Positions 27,293-42,200 of a stretch of DNA of 64,000 bases are shown in pieces. Origin of the DNA: Lytechinus pictus (lineage: Eukaryota); contig NC_087254.1 in the NCBI RefSeq assembly GCF_037042905.1, positions 16,678,001 to 16,742,000 on the forward strand, written 5' to 3'. Position numbers and translations under genes: made by a program. The first letter of the stretch is position 1. Each line of letters starts with the position of its first letter. The notes under the pieces were generated by a model that did not search any database, was not told the origin of the DNA, and saw nothing but the letters and a program-made list of their open reading frames with translations.

Positions 27293-30200
27293 CTATGAAT
27301 ATAAATGATAATAAAGGTTGGGTTGCAAATCATTTATTTTCATAAGTGATGACATTTGACAGATATAAATTTAGAGTTGTATAAAAATTTATTCACCATT
27401 AGCATTTTATTCCATCAAAAAGCAAAGAGGGAAGGACAGTATGGGCTCCAATATATAATGAAGATATAACAGTGTTTATTTTAATAGTGCGACACATGAA
27501 TATTGATGGGCACGCGAAATGTATGGATATAGCACCTCAGCTCGATTGGTTTTTTGCGCAATCAGTAAGCTAACAGAAGTCAAGGCCACTGACACAGGTT
27601 TGAGTCTAGTCTTGAACGATTTCTCAAATTTTTTTAAAATCAAAAGTTGAAGCAAGAATCTGCAAAAAATACAAGTCCAAAATTTGTATATGAATATTTA
27701 TGTCAATCGTGTTGGTAACAAATTGGAGCCAGAATAGTCATTCTCAAGCATAGACAAACAAACTCACACTGGTAATGTACCAGTGATAAATGAGGGCTTG
27801 GAACAAGGGTGAAATAGGCTGGACTAATTAATTTAAATAATAATTGGGACCAATAGTATAAAGATTCTAGGTCTATATTCATAAAACCTTAACAAGACTA
27901 GAAATCACCCAATTGTGTACTGTTGCCTATATAATTAGGTGAAAATTAGACTTATTCAGGTAATATGAATATGGGCCACGGTGATTACTTGTTATATCAT
28001 ACATATATTTTCATAATTGTATATTGTGATCAATAACATGAATCATGAAAATCATAAAATAAGTTGGTTTTTTGTGTCAAGGGTTCCTTCCTCATCATAT
28101 AATATTTTTGTGTATCCCAGTGAGCCCAGGAATCTGTTTACAGTAAGCAAAGGCTTTGAAATATACAATTATCTGCCTAGTATCTCTTTCAAAGTTTCGG
28201 CTTACTTTCGACTCAAGCGAAAGACGGCTGATATATTAGTTTCATATTGCAACTGGGCAATATGACAGCATATTGCATTTATTCATAACCCTATTATTTA
28301 CATTCATGAATATTCATGAGGACTAGTTATTGGCTAAATAAACAAATATCATAATGTAACTTGCACAGACCTTTGGCTTACTAGGTTACAAACAAAGAGG
28401 GATCCAGGTTAATATTTCTTTGAAAAAAAGGTTTACCTTGCTAACAGTTGAATCAATGACCAGAAGAGTCTGACCAGCGAGAGCCTTGCATTCAGGCTCA
28501 GGATCTTTCTCCAAAATATCTGAGAAATAAAATAAAATCATGAAAAGAGGTCAGATGTAATTTTCTCAATCATGGTGTTCTTCTGTAATCCTCAATTGCA
28601 TATCGATATGCCGTTACTCATTCATTTCATGTTTATGTGAATAGTATCTATAAAATCTGTAAAATTAACGATTCCAGCTTTCAAGCTGCATATTCCTTTT
28701 TTAAATTGTAAATCGAATTGAATTGAGTTTCCTCAGAGGATTCAGGGCCAGTGTGTTGTCTTAACATGACACCTAGGGACCATTTCATCATAAATATTGT
28801 CAGTATAACAACTGTTATAAGCTACTGAAATCCTTGCATCTGATTGGCTCAGATCAAATAAGTCAATGAAAGTCACTGACTGTTAGTATTTTCTTCATGG
28901 AACAATCTCCCTTATATCAAAGTTTAGGAAACAGTATTTTTTCATTCCAAGATCTGTAACTATTGGAAGCCGCATGTGGATTTTACAGCAACTACTAGCA
29001 TTACTTTCATGTAAACTGCACAGTAAATTGTGGGGGCATCGTGGTCTAGTGGTTATGACTCTTGTGGGACGTGGGACCGATTCCCAGCCATAGCGTGTTT
29101 TCCTTCAGGCAGGAATTTACCAATATTGTGCTGCACTCAACCCAGGTGAGGTGAATGGGTACCCAGTAGGAAGAAATTCCTTAAATGCTTGAGCGCCTAT
29201 ATCTGCAGTGAAGCTAAAGCAGGGGTAATAATAGCAGTGCTTTGTATCTTCAGGCAAAGAGCTCTATATAAGTCTAGCTATTATTATTATTATCTATGCA
29301 ATCTATTGCAAATCTTTGTATTACAGGGATTCAAAACGACATCATCTCATACATTTTTAGACACTATGGTCTAAAAGGAATTATTTTGATTGAAAAGGCT
29401 TTAGAACCAAACAGACTGGGTTATTTTGAAGCCCTTTGTTTACCTTGTAACCAATGACGACATTCCAAAATATCACTCTGGAGATCAGTCACAAGTAGGT
29501 GGGCAGGAACACTGAGTGTAACCATGGAAACAGCAAACATCAGAGACTGCCTTACATATCTTCATTAAAAAAAATGAATAAAATAATCATATAAGACAGG
29601 TTTTTACCAGGGAATACAGAATATATTCTTTGATTCTTTTCGGAATGAATTCCTTTGTTAGCTTGAGATATCTGCTAATTATGTTATAAGTGTAAAACAG
29701 AGTCTGGTGCTATTGAAAATGGTGTAAACATAAGTAACATACTGTACATGATAATATTAAATATGGCTCTTTCTACCAAGTTACTTAATAGCCATATTGA
29801 AATAAAAAATAATTCTCAAGATATTTTGTTAACCAATTGCACGATACCAATTATCAAGTTGATGATGAGGATCACTTTGAAACATGTTCCGTTCTTTCAT
29901 CAAAATGAAAGTCATTTTTTCCTGAAAATATTCTGAGGGTTCAAGAAACATGCATGTTTCAACAACAAAAAAATTCTAAAGCTCTTGTGTCACTTATATG
30001 AGCAGCTTTTTTTGCTTTGCCCAGAGATGCCAACGTGAACTAAACATTTCAGTTTTTTAAAAGCTGGAAATCATTATTTAGGTGTGTAAAAAGTGATTTT
30101 GTGCATCTTGAAAAATACCATTACCTTTAGAAATCAGTGTTTTGCATGAAACTACCAGTATTATTCTTATTTTTCAGTACTAAAGTAATTACTGAAAATC

Positions 30201-33200
30201 AGTACTACCTGGCAGCTCTGTTTGCCCATAGGATTTATGCTCTCAGAGGCAAATAGATTGAAAAAAAAATGCTCCAAATGGAGGAAAAAAAATGCACATA
30301 CTATTATTTAACAGGAAAATTTTGTTTCTACTGTGATTGAAATAAAAAAATAAAGGTGGGGGGGGGGGGGGGGGGGTTAATTCTCTGATATTCAAACTTA
30401 TACTTACTGTTCAGAATGGTACCTCAAGGACCAAATAAAGTCCAACAGGCTAACAGCCATCTGACGACATATCTAGACAAAAATATCAAATGAAATATCA
30501 AACCTAGTACATGTAAGTAATTTTGAATAAACAAAAGCACAAAAATACTAGTAATTGCTGCTCAGCTTCCCTCCTCCCTACATTCAAAACAATGTATGCA
30601 GTACTTAAAATCTTAACTTATCTTAGCTTCGCTTCTTATTTGGATGGTATTTCTAGATGAAATTCACTGTAATTTGACCAAGAATGCATATATAGCATTT
30701 CCATGTATTTGAATGCAAGGTAAAAGACCACTGTCGATTCAATGCCTTGCTCAAGGGCATAGGTGCCATGGCCAGGGATCGAACCCCGGACTTTCAAATG
30801 CCTAGTCAGGCGCCTTACACAGTGAGCCAGACTAGTTTGGGTGACTCACCGTTTTTTCGCTGTTTTTTCTCTCTTTTTTCTCCCTTTTTCCCCACAGGAA
30901 ACTGCTAGAAAAGGGCGAGAAAATGGCTAAAAAACGGCGACAAAAAAAGTGTACCGACTATGGAAAGCTAACTGTATGCAACAATGATTTTCATCAGAAT
31001 AAATTGGCGAATACCTCCCTTGGGGAAAACGGCTACAAAACAACTAATAAAGGGCAAATACCTCCCTCATGGAAAACGGCTAATAAATGGCGAATACCTT
31101 CCTTGTGGAAAACGGCTAAAAAACGGATAATAAAGGGCTAATACCTCCCTTGTGGAAAACGGCTAATAAATGGCGAATACCTTCCTTGTGGAAAACGGCT
31201 ACAAAATGGCTAAAGGGCTAATATCTCCCTTGCGGAAACGGTAAAACGGCTAATATAAGTGTGATACCTCCCTTGGGGAAAAAGCCTTCAAAACTGCTAA
31301 TAAATGGCGAAAGGCACAAAGTAATAATAAATAGGACTAACAAGTGCAAATCAGCAAATAATGTACCACACAAGCGGGTGAGTGTACAATTGTGACAACT
31401 TGGAATAACATTGACACTGCCGTAATGTATGGTGATATATAATACCAAACAATCTTCATTTTTTTCAATCATATAAAACCTTTTCTTAAAATTCATCAAA
31501 CTTCCACCATAAAGTAATCACAAATACCTACAAAATATGAAGATTTAAAAATGGCTGAAATCAATCGGCCTATATCTAAAAAAAAACTTATCAGCTTCCG
31601 ATTGCGCCCCTCTTCGCATGTGAAATGATTTTCACTTGTGGTTCGTATACCAAACATGTGTTTGGTACATGTATATTAACAAAAATCTATAATTAACTAA
31701 TTTTCACCATATTTTGTTATTTTTAGAAAATAGATACTTCATAAATATGATTTTTTTTTCATCATCTTTTTCTTTTGGAAAGGTGTTGCAAAGTGCTAAA
31801 TGTATGCAATATACTGTACTGTACTGTATTATTTTCTTTATCTTCTTGGGCTTGTTACCACAAAAGACCACAAATAGTAGACGGGGATTTGATATTATGC
31901 CCCCCTTTCCAAAAATTGAGGGACGCGTCCCCCTCAGGTTCCCGCCCATGAAGAAGGGAAAATAAGAGTAAAGAATAAAGTATTCAATGAAGTTTCAATC
32001 AAATTCAATTAAATTTTATTTTTTTCTGATTGACATTTTATCAAATTTCAAATGAAATATAAAAAAATATTGATATAAAACAATGAATGTAGGCCTATAC
32101 AATATGGAAATTAGATTTATGAAAGAAGGCGTAACCCCCCCCCCCCCACAGAAAGCAGGTATGTTATGCGCAGGGCAGGATGGGAGTATAGTAACGTTCA
32201 TAAGAGCTGAAGTGGCTTCCCCGGGTAAAATAACAATATTTTTATATGTATGGAATGAGAATTATTACTAAATATTACCCATGAAAACGAGAGCTTATTT
32301 CCAAAATGAGTTCTTAAGAAAATCTTAAGTTTATAGAAATGTTGAAAATATATATTCTACGTTTTCTATAGTCGCTTTTTCCCATTTTATGGAATGCATA
32401 TCACACATTTTCACAATTTTTTAGCCATTTTATGCAATGCACGTCGTACTACCCATTCGCCCTTTTTTTTTTTCTAACCCTTTTTTTCTCCATTTCATGC
32501 TCTCACCTCTTACTACCCATCCGCCCTTTCTGTTTTATTCGCCCTTTTCTCTCAGTTTTCTCTCCATTTTATGCACTGCACGCCTTACTACCCATTCGCC
32601 CTTTTCTCTCCGCTTTATGCAATGCACGCCTTACTACCCATTCGCCCTTTTGTCTCCGTTTTCTTTCCCTTTTGTCTCCGTTTATTAGCCGTTTTCTTTC
32701 AGTATCTTCACTCCTCTAACAGGATCCTCGGCCTTAACATTCGCCGTTTTCATGGGGAAATAAATAGCTCCGCTTATATTGCACAATGATGGCACTCCAT
32801 AATAATTCAAGATTTACGTAGGAAACCTAATGTAGCCGTTTTTTCTCCAAAAATTCTCCCTTTTCTAGCCGTTTTCAAAACGGCGAAAAAACTGCAACTT
32901 TGAATTTCCCATAGGTTATAACACACAAAACGGCTAAAAGAGGGCGAAAAAACTGCAGTGGCTCACTGTGTTAGACCACTCGGCCATGGCACCTCCATGC
33001 AGAAATCAATGGAAAATCAAACAATTGTAGATATATACATGTATAGCTATACTAAAATGAAATAGAAATAGTCTGCTTCGGCATAGTAGAATGCCGTAGA
33101 AAATGAAATAATAGATTTCAAGAGGAGCATAGCTCTAAAAAATAAAAGGTTAAGTCACACTCTTTGTCAGTGCCCATGGTGTGAAAAAAAAAAGAATTCA

Positions 33201-36200
33201 AAATCCGTACTTACTGTCGAGTGTACACAATGTCACAAACTGTTATTCTTTAATAATACTTCTTAAGGACGTTCCACAGTTATGTTTGTGCGCATTATGA
33301 TCTGCGCATAGTTTACACGCTGCGCGCTGACGTCACAATGGATGAACAGGTGATTAATTAGCTGCGGGTATGTGCTGATTTTTCTCATCTTCTGCACTTT
33401 AACTGCAGATCGGTTGCGTTATTTCATGAAGCTAAAAAATTGAATTATTCCATGGACCATTAAAAAAAAAGATTCTCTACAATTTCAAAATACTTTACTC
33501 TGCAGTGCTGCCAAGAATCACGAATATTACCCCGAGTTTGAATAAATGGTAGAGTGGTTTTGATTTTTTCTTCACATAGATACAAAGCCTTCGGCGCATT
33601 TTTGGTGTTTTAAAAAGCACATTTGCTCTAATAAAAATACTGATAGTTTAAAAACAAGCACATGAACCCCTATTTTTTAATGTTTGTTCCTCTTAGGTAT
33701 ACCTTCCTCTACAACTCTACAAATTTTGGTGAAAATGACATGGATTTTGAATAAAGTGCAGCATTTATTGTACTTTTGTAGTTTGTTACCGAAATTTCAC
33801 ATTTTTTTGATTGGGATTTTGTTATCTTTTACGCCATTTTTAAGAACTGACAGTGCTGTTAAACTTAAAATTGCAAACAAATAGCACTATAAATATATTC
33901 TCCATTCTAACGATACAATTATTAACTCTCTTGCGAAATATGATGACTTTTTCATGTATTTTGACTGAGTAATACAGGTTTAAACTCATTGTAGTAATCT
34001 TGGGCGGTCTAAAAATGCCAAATTCTTTTGAATGCGCAATTCTTAAGAACATCAATTTGGGTGAACTTTGAAGTTCTATAGCAAAAAATCAAGCACATGG
34101 ACCTATGTTAATTTTTGCATATTTCGAATATTAAGGTTCTAAAGTATCTATGTGCAAAGTATGGTGAAAATGACATGGATTTCACTTTAACCATGTTAAC
34201 TGTGGAACGTCCTTAATTCACTTGGTAATATAAAAATTCAGCCACATACTTTAGCCCTCCAAGGGAGCAACAAAAAGAGAGCTAAACTTTAAATACCTTT
34301 AACAACTCCCTCTCTTTCTCCTTTTCCTTTTTTGTTCTGTGGCAAATTCATAAATCTGATGAGTAGGTATTTGGGATATCTCTTATTGCAGATGAACTTA
34401 CTGGTGTGTTTTGTGCAGCATACATGGTGATTCCCAGAGTATACATCAGCCTTCCTAAGAGAAGGAAGTCGTTACCAAGCAAGTCCATCGTGTTCAACTT
34501 ACTGGAGTAAAAAAAAAATGAAAAAAAAGTAGACAGTAAAAACTATGATTGCATGTCACAAAGGCTTTTTTCTCACTTTACCTGAGAGATCATCTTTCGA
34601 AGCATTGCGGTCAGTTGTCAGCTCGCATGTGCAAGACGCCCTTAATTTGGGCTGAATTTGTCATATTTTCGAGAAATTGACCATGTTTCTCATGCCCCAG
34701 CGCCATGACCCACGTGGATTATGTCTTTTTCGATAATTGCAGACGATAAATGCGTACGTAAAGCGAGCGGCACGTACTGCATGCAGAGGTAAATGCAATC
34801 AGACAAGAGGGATCCATGCATCTTTCCAAATCCTTTTCTCGCCTACCCCAACTGTCGCACACCAATTTTGATGTCTTGCTCAGTAACCTTACCGATGCTC
34901 AGATATGGTGCTGTAGTTGGTACATTTCACTCAGGCAAAGTATCGGGCTGGGGTGGAGATATCGAGTGTGCAGTGGGCGACTGTCACGTTACATTTTTTT
35001 GGCTGCACTGATATCAAGTACGCAAAACCCTGGCCCCTGACCAAACTTTCCACTCCTTTTCTTCATTGTTCACCTTTAAAAAAATCTCTTTGTGTTTTAA
35101 AGAACAGTTAAGTAGTCGCAAGATATTTTTGCAGTGAGTTTTCTAAGGTCACAGGTGAGTGCAGCACGATATGGATCAAATTATTGCTGAAAGAAATTAG
35201 GCCGTGGCTGGGATTCGAAACCCACAACCCTCTGTATCAAAGTCCTGAGACTGATCCACAATGCTGTCACAGAAGACTACACGAATAGGAAAGTGAATGG
35301 ACAAATGAAGAAATTATAAATGTTTTGTTTTACCTGTCATATGACTTCAAAAGAGGGAAGAAGAAATGACCAGCCACAGGAGCAAAACGATTGATGGCAG
35401 GATTCGGAGCTGGTTTGCTTGGACCCTGTGTGAAGAGCAAGACATTTGGAATTTTTTAAATAATGAACCAGGTTCTAATATTTGCAATTTCATTGTGCTA
35501 CTGTCGTGGAGCAAATAAACAGAATGATGACAATGTGAAATACAGTAATAATACAGTAGGTAACTCATGAATATTTGACATGATTGAGAGATCACACATC
35601 CTGGCATTGGTTGGTGCATTGTAATGGTTAATGGGCAACTCCGGTCATTGATATTTTGCTTTGAAAAATTTATCGGTCTCTTTGCTTTGTGGTTATACCA
35701 AGCTTCAATCAGCATCTGAACTATTTTCAGAATTTAAAGTCATTTTGTTCTGGTTGAAAAAATATTTTTTTTCCAACCTGCAGTATTTTGGGCAGGGACA
35801 TCACAACATTGGCGAGTCACAAGGTTTTATATTTGCACCTTGTTTGTTCATAATGTGTAATTACACCTCGGTCTCATGATCTGATCTGTAGTTCATTTCA
35901 AGAATAGGTTGAATGAATAGCAAGACATGACCTGTTCAAAATGCACTTTCATTTATTTCATATGTATCAGGGTCTATTGTTTTTAATACTAATATGATAA
36001 ATAAAAAGGGAGAATTTTGAAGACAAGACTCCACCTTTGCGAATCTCCTCGTCTTGCTCTCTATCCTCTTCTGCACAATATCTCTCCAATTCTCTTCTTG
36101 ACTTTCTTTAGCTTTGTGTTCCTGTGGGTTTACCATCCCCGAACTCTTTGAGGCAGGACCTGGGTCTTCGGATGGTTTGGAGAGGTCCTGAGCAGCTGCA

Positions 36201-39200
36201 GCTAATACCTACATTAGGAGATATCAAGTTCAGTGTTGACCTATTGGTGTTGGTGTTAAGACAATTTTCACATCAGCAGAGCACCTTCAAATTAAGAATT
36301 CAACAATATACGTGTAGACATGTTTTACTACCGTACTTTTATTACTCTTCTTTAGCTTATCTTTTATCCGACAAAAACAAAATAGACCCCAAAAGCAAAG
36401 ATTAACTATGACTTTATTAATCACCCATCTTCAAGTTACCCAATGATTATACACTGTACATGTAAAATGTATGTTGTGGCTGGGCTGATAGAACCTTTTG
36501 AGGTTTTGAGGGCAGCTTAGAAAAGGCTGTATTTAAAAAATATAGCAATGGTGGCAGTCTCATATTGTCTGAAAACAGTCTCCTGATAGTGATAATAATA
36601 ATAGTAATAGCGGTATATTTACCCAGGGTAGCCACTTCAGTTCCTAAAACTCCCAGCCGGCCCTGCTATTATTATCCCGGCTTTAGCTGGGCTGCTAGGC
36701 GCTCAAGCATTCAAGAAATTAATTCTGCTGGGTACCCATTCACCTCACCTGGGTCGAGTGCAGCACAGTGGGGATAAATTTCTTGCTGAAGGAAAACACG
36801 CCATGGCTAGGATTCAAACCGACGACCCTCTGTTTGAAAGGAAACAGTCAGAACCACTAGACCAAGACGCCTGATACCTGTGAAGGACTCTTTTGAGGCA
36901 AAAACAAGGTTGCTACACATGTTATAACTCTAAAATTAAGCTCATTCTGACCTGTCATCAACATTTGATCATATTAAATTTTGAGGTATGAGGTTTATCA
37001 GCCCAGCCACAATGTATTGTTTTATATACCTCTAAGATATCCATCCTTTGTCTGATGTTGTAGTTTCTATTGTAGAACTCTCCAGTTAAATACTTTGATG
37101 TCTAAATTTAAAGAAGAAAGAAACATGTCAACGTCATCAGCAACATTATAAAAATAAACACCATCAAAATTACAATTACAAATGCACCAATGCTTACAGG
37201 CATTGTGGTGTGCACCTGTAATTCAAGCTACGAGGGGGAAGTTACAAACGGATGCAGAAGTTTTAGCCCTGGTCACGTCTTTCGGATGGTGATGTTAAAG
37301 GTTGGGCCCAGATGTAAATAATCTTATCTGATTGATATATTTCTATAGAATCTCAATTACATTAACACTCACACACTATCATTTTATATAATCAGAAGAT
37401 CAAATACAACCCCCCCAAAAAAAAAAACCAACAACATAATTTTATCAATGTCAAGAAGTTCCCCCCTTGCAAAAACTAATATCTCACTGATAATAAATGA
37501 TTCAATAATCTTAAAATCAGAATGATCATTATTGATGTAATCAACATTATCAGCATCAAGGTAACAGTAAATTACATGCAAAGCAGGCAAAAAATTATAA
37601 TTTGTTTTTTTCTTTCATCAGTTTCTTTTAAAAATTACAATCAATATCAATTTCAAGGTCTAAAAGAATGTTACGCTGCCCTAATCCGATAGAACATAAA
37701 ATGCGAAAAAAAAAACCACATACCTGTAGATGCAATTTTTAATCTTTTACTTCGGAGATAAAAAATATACAAAATGCAATGTTTTTGTGAGAAAATATCA
37801 GACTTGGGCAAAGAATTTGCTCATACTTCTATTCAACTGATTTATAAAAAAATACTTATATATGCATTTCAACTGCATATATAAACCATCCCATGCATGA
37901 TTTCCTTTTTGCAGAGCAGAATCAAAGATACATGTAAAAAGAACAAGTGGAGCACCTCTGGTAGTCTCGCCTGCATTACGCGATTCAATATAGCAACAGT
38001 GCTGACTTTGAAAATGACTTTAAAATAATCATTCACAAAAAACACAATTCATATGATGATAAAATACTATGTTCATTGACCCTAAATGACATTTGACCTT
38101 GATCGTGTGACCGAAGACTTGTGCAAGACAATCAGTGATACTTGATTACCCTTACATGTATGTCCACATTTCATGAACTAGATCCATAAACTTTCAAAGT
38201 TATGATGGCAATTCAACAAATACCCCAAACACGGCCAAAGTTCATTGATGTTGGTCATGTGACCTTAAACATGTGCAAGATGTTCACTGATGCTTAATTA
38301 CTCTTACATGTATGTCCAAATTTAATGAACTAGATCCATATACTTTCAGATTTATGACATTAAGAAAACTTAACCTTGTTAAGATTTTGTTTCTATTTCC
38401 CCAATATAATCTAAGTTCATTGACCCAAAATGACCTTTGACCCAGGCCATGACATCTGAAACTCACAAAGGATGCTCAGTGATACTTGATTACTATTATG
38501 TCGAAGTTTCATGAACCAGATCTATAAACTTTCAAAGTTATGATAGAAATCACCTAATACCCCCAACATGGCCAAAATTCATTGACCCTAAATGACCTTT
38601 GACCTTGATCATGTGACCTGTAAATCAGGCAGGATGTTCAGTAAATCTTGATTACCCTTATGTTCAAGTTTTGTGAACTAGGTCCACATACTTTCTAAGT
38701 TATGGTGAAATTTCAAAAACTTAACCTTCGCTTAAGATTTTGATGTCGATTCCCCTAACATGGTCTAAGTTCATTGACCCTAAATGACCTTTGACCTTGG
38801 TCACGTGACCTCAAACTCCGGCAGGATGTTCAGTAATACTTGGTAATTATCATACCAGGTTTCATGAGCTAGGTCCATTTCCTTCCCCAAGTTATGATGG
38901 TATTTCAAAAACTTGACCTTTGGTTAAGATTTGATGTTGACGCCGCCGCTGCTGTCGGAAAAGCGGTGCCTATAGTCTCGCTGTGCTGTGGAGGCAAGAC
39001 AAAAATAAAATATCGACTGACCAACCCAGTTTCTGATTTTTGGCTAATGAGGGGAAACAAAACAATTTGATTTATGCTTAAAGTTGAACTGATTTTCTGA
39101 ACGTAAATTGTTCATACCTCAATAGGGCAGTTTACTGCTAATGCCACCATAGCCGAGTGTCTGAGAAATCTAAAGTTTTCTGTGTTGTATTGGTCCTCCA

Positions 39201-42200
39201 GATGAAGCAAGATGGCCACAAACTGACTACAAACCTGCATGGAAATCAGTACAGAACAAAAAAGAACAATATACAGTTATACTGCGATAATATATCATGA
39301 TGATGAAGATTATGATGATCTTGATGAATAGCATTTGCATAGTGCCATTTATTTTTCAGAAAAATTAAAAAGCACTGCATCCCCGTTCCACAGTATGACA
39401 CATATTAATCATAAAGATGCTAGAAAACGTACATATTTATTTCAAAATTCGAAAGTCTCGAGGTTGGTACAAAAAAAGAAAGATTGGCTCTGATCACCTG
39501 AACATTCATCTTGTGCCAACATACATACAGAAACTAAAGAAGGCGTCTCCAGTTTCTAGGCAACGGTATGACTGGTCAGATGATGCAACGGAGCGCCTAC
39601 CAGCCTGCATAGATTGTATGAACTGGGACGTTCTGTTCAATTCCACGGCTACGCTTGATGAGGCAACGGAGGTCATCAGTGCCTACGTCAACTTTTATAT
39701 TGACTCGAACATTCCGCATAAAACATCAAAGGTTTATCAGAACAATAAACCATGGGTTTCCAAAGAATTGAGGGAATTGCTAAAAGCCAAAAATCAGGCA
39801 CTCATCGCTGGGGATCGCATAGAAGTAAAAACTGTGCAGAAGTGTATTGAACTTGCGGAATCTTTCACGGAGTGAAATATTCTTAAATAAAATGCCCAAT
39901 GAAGGGGCTTAAATCTATATTAAGTCCAACTTGATCTTCTACTTTCTTTTTATAAGTTTTAATTATCTAATACCAAAATAAAATAATGAGTTTACAGATG
40001 ACATCAATTTGACCATGGGTACATGGAAATTAGACTTTTGAAGTGTTTTACATGAGTGAGCAACTATTTACATATAATTTCCATATTAATGAACCAAGAA
40101 TTAAAGTCTGATTCTCTTACATCTTTTAAATCATCTGGCTTTGCTCTGATGAGCTTCTCTGCAACCTTAAGACTAGCTTCGGTCAGCTCAGGGGCATCTC
40201 TTGAAGTCAAACCTGTTCAATGGAATAAGAGAGGGAAAGCATTCATAAAACTTGACTAAAACCAATATAGGTTTGATGAATTCAGAATCTGTAGTTTTTC
40301 AAGTAACCTGTACATGTATGTACTAAAGAAAGTTAAGATTTAATCTGGGATTTTTTTTCTTCAATTACTGCTAGAAAAATTGGTACAGGCGGAAGGGAAG
40401 ATCATGTATACAGCAATCAACCATGGTGAAAGGAGGCATAAACAGCTCTGAATGTTCAAGTTGGAAGTCAGAATGTGCAAAGGCATCATGTTTAAGAACT
40501 GGGTAATTCCATATATGAGAAATATCTTTTTTCTCCATCGCTACTACTCAAGCCATGATAAATTGAAAGCATAACAGCTTTTCACCTGAAGCAATAACTG
40601 GAAGCAAAAAAAAAAAAAATGATTTCAGGAAGTTCCAGCTAATGGGCAACGGTATTGTCCTATAAACAAACGTGGTAGGTTTGAGTCAACCTTGTCAACC
40701 ATTGTGCATTGTAAATGATAGAGCTACAAAAATCTGAAGGGGAAGTTACAAATTTAATCTGGAAAATTTGTAATAAAAAAAAAATCAATATTCTATGAGA
40801 AAAAAAATTACTTTTGGTATATTGGATGGTATACATTGAGGACGCCGAACCTAATAATTCTGACCCCCCACCCCCCAAAAAAAGAAAACAGACAAAGAAA
40901 AAAGTGGATAGGAAATCAAAATGATTTTAAATAACATTACCAATATTTTCATGGAAATTAAACAAGGAGTGGGCAAAAACAAACACATAATTCTCTGTTC
41001 CATTACCATCAATACAGTCCCGAACGTAAACAGGTACTTTGACCTTCGTGACCTTGGTGTCATGTGACATGTCGCAGGGTTCAAACTCATCATCACTGTA
41101 AAGTAAGAGGAAGTAAAAGGGTCACTGAAAGATGAATGAAGCTGTGAATCAAAACATGCTGTATGAACTATGTAAATGCACGGCGGGCAAAAGATTAAGA
41201 AATATGTTTGCATTTACATAGTTTGAATAATAAAAAAAAAAAAAGCAAAAAAAGAGAAAACAAAATGACAGAAGGATCAAATGAAACATGGATGGGAAAT
41301 AGATTCCCTGGGGGGGGGGGGGGGTAGTCAAATATATTGCTGTATACATGCGTGATAAAAAAATGTGTTAAAAGGGGTGTGTTTTCAGTTTTGGACGTGG
41401 GCCACGTGTGCACTCGTTAAGGGTATCAAAAACACTGATTTTCAAGAAAAAGGGTTTTTAAAGACAGGTCAATGGTCAATCACTGGGTCAAACATATTTA
41501 GGGTATGATTTTTGAAAGACTAGCCAAACGTGTTTAGGGTATGTTTTTTCCCCAAACATTTTCCCAAGGGCTTTTTCCTACTTGTTTCTGAAAATTGCTC
41601 GGGTTCTTCCCGATAGTATACAAAACCTGTTTAGGGGTCATATTCTGGCGACAACTTGTTTAGGGGTCAAAATGTGTAAATAAAGCCTGCGAAAAACTTG
41701 TTTAGGGGGTTATTATGCACACAGACAAAAACTTGTTTAGGGGTGTTTGGAAGTAATTTGGTCATGCATGTGTACAGCGATACATTTGACTGGCTCCCCA
41801 GATAGATTCATTTTGAATTAAAGAATAAGAAAGTTCTTTATGAAAATTCAACTAGAAGGAAAAAATAAAAATTTCAAGTCTGTAAAGAAACATAAACAGC
41901 AAAAAAATCTGTGTGCATGGAAAAAGAGACAATATATTTTCAGACAGTGTGGTCATTGATATTGAATGGGCGACTGCTATGCATGGTGTTGAGCTAAGCT
42001 GACAAGAGGAAAACCAGTTAACCCGTTGTTTACAGAGTTCTGTGATTCCCATTGACTTTGTATAGGGAACATTCAGTTCATCATGACAATAGGTTAACAG
42101 TTAATAAACAGGTTTTAAAAGGCAAATCTAATTACCTGTCAAATTCTTCCTCTCTCCCCTGTTCTTGGTTTGGTGCATCACTGACTCTACACCCTACTTG

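Noticed and set aside
30818-30860. Complete 12/23 RSS (heptamer plus nonamer) or a ProtoRAG-type transposon
   Set aside because: No ACAAAAACC-like nonamer at 12 or 23 nt on either end, the TSD is 3 bp rather than 5 bp, and there is no RAG1/RAG2-like coding sequence.
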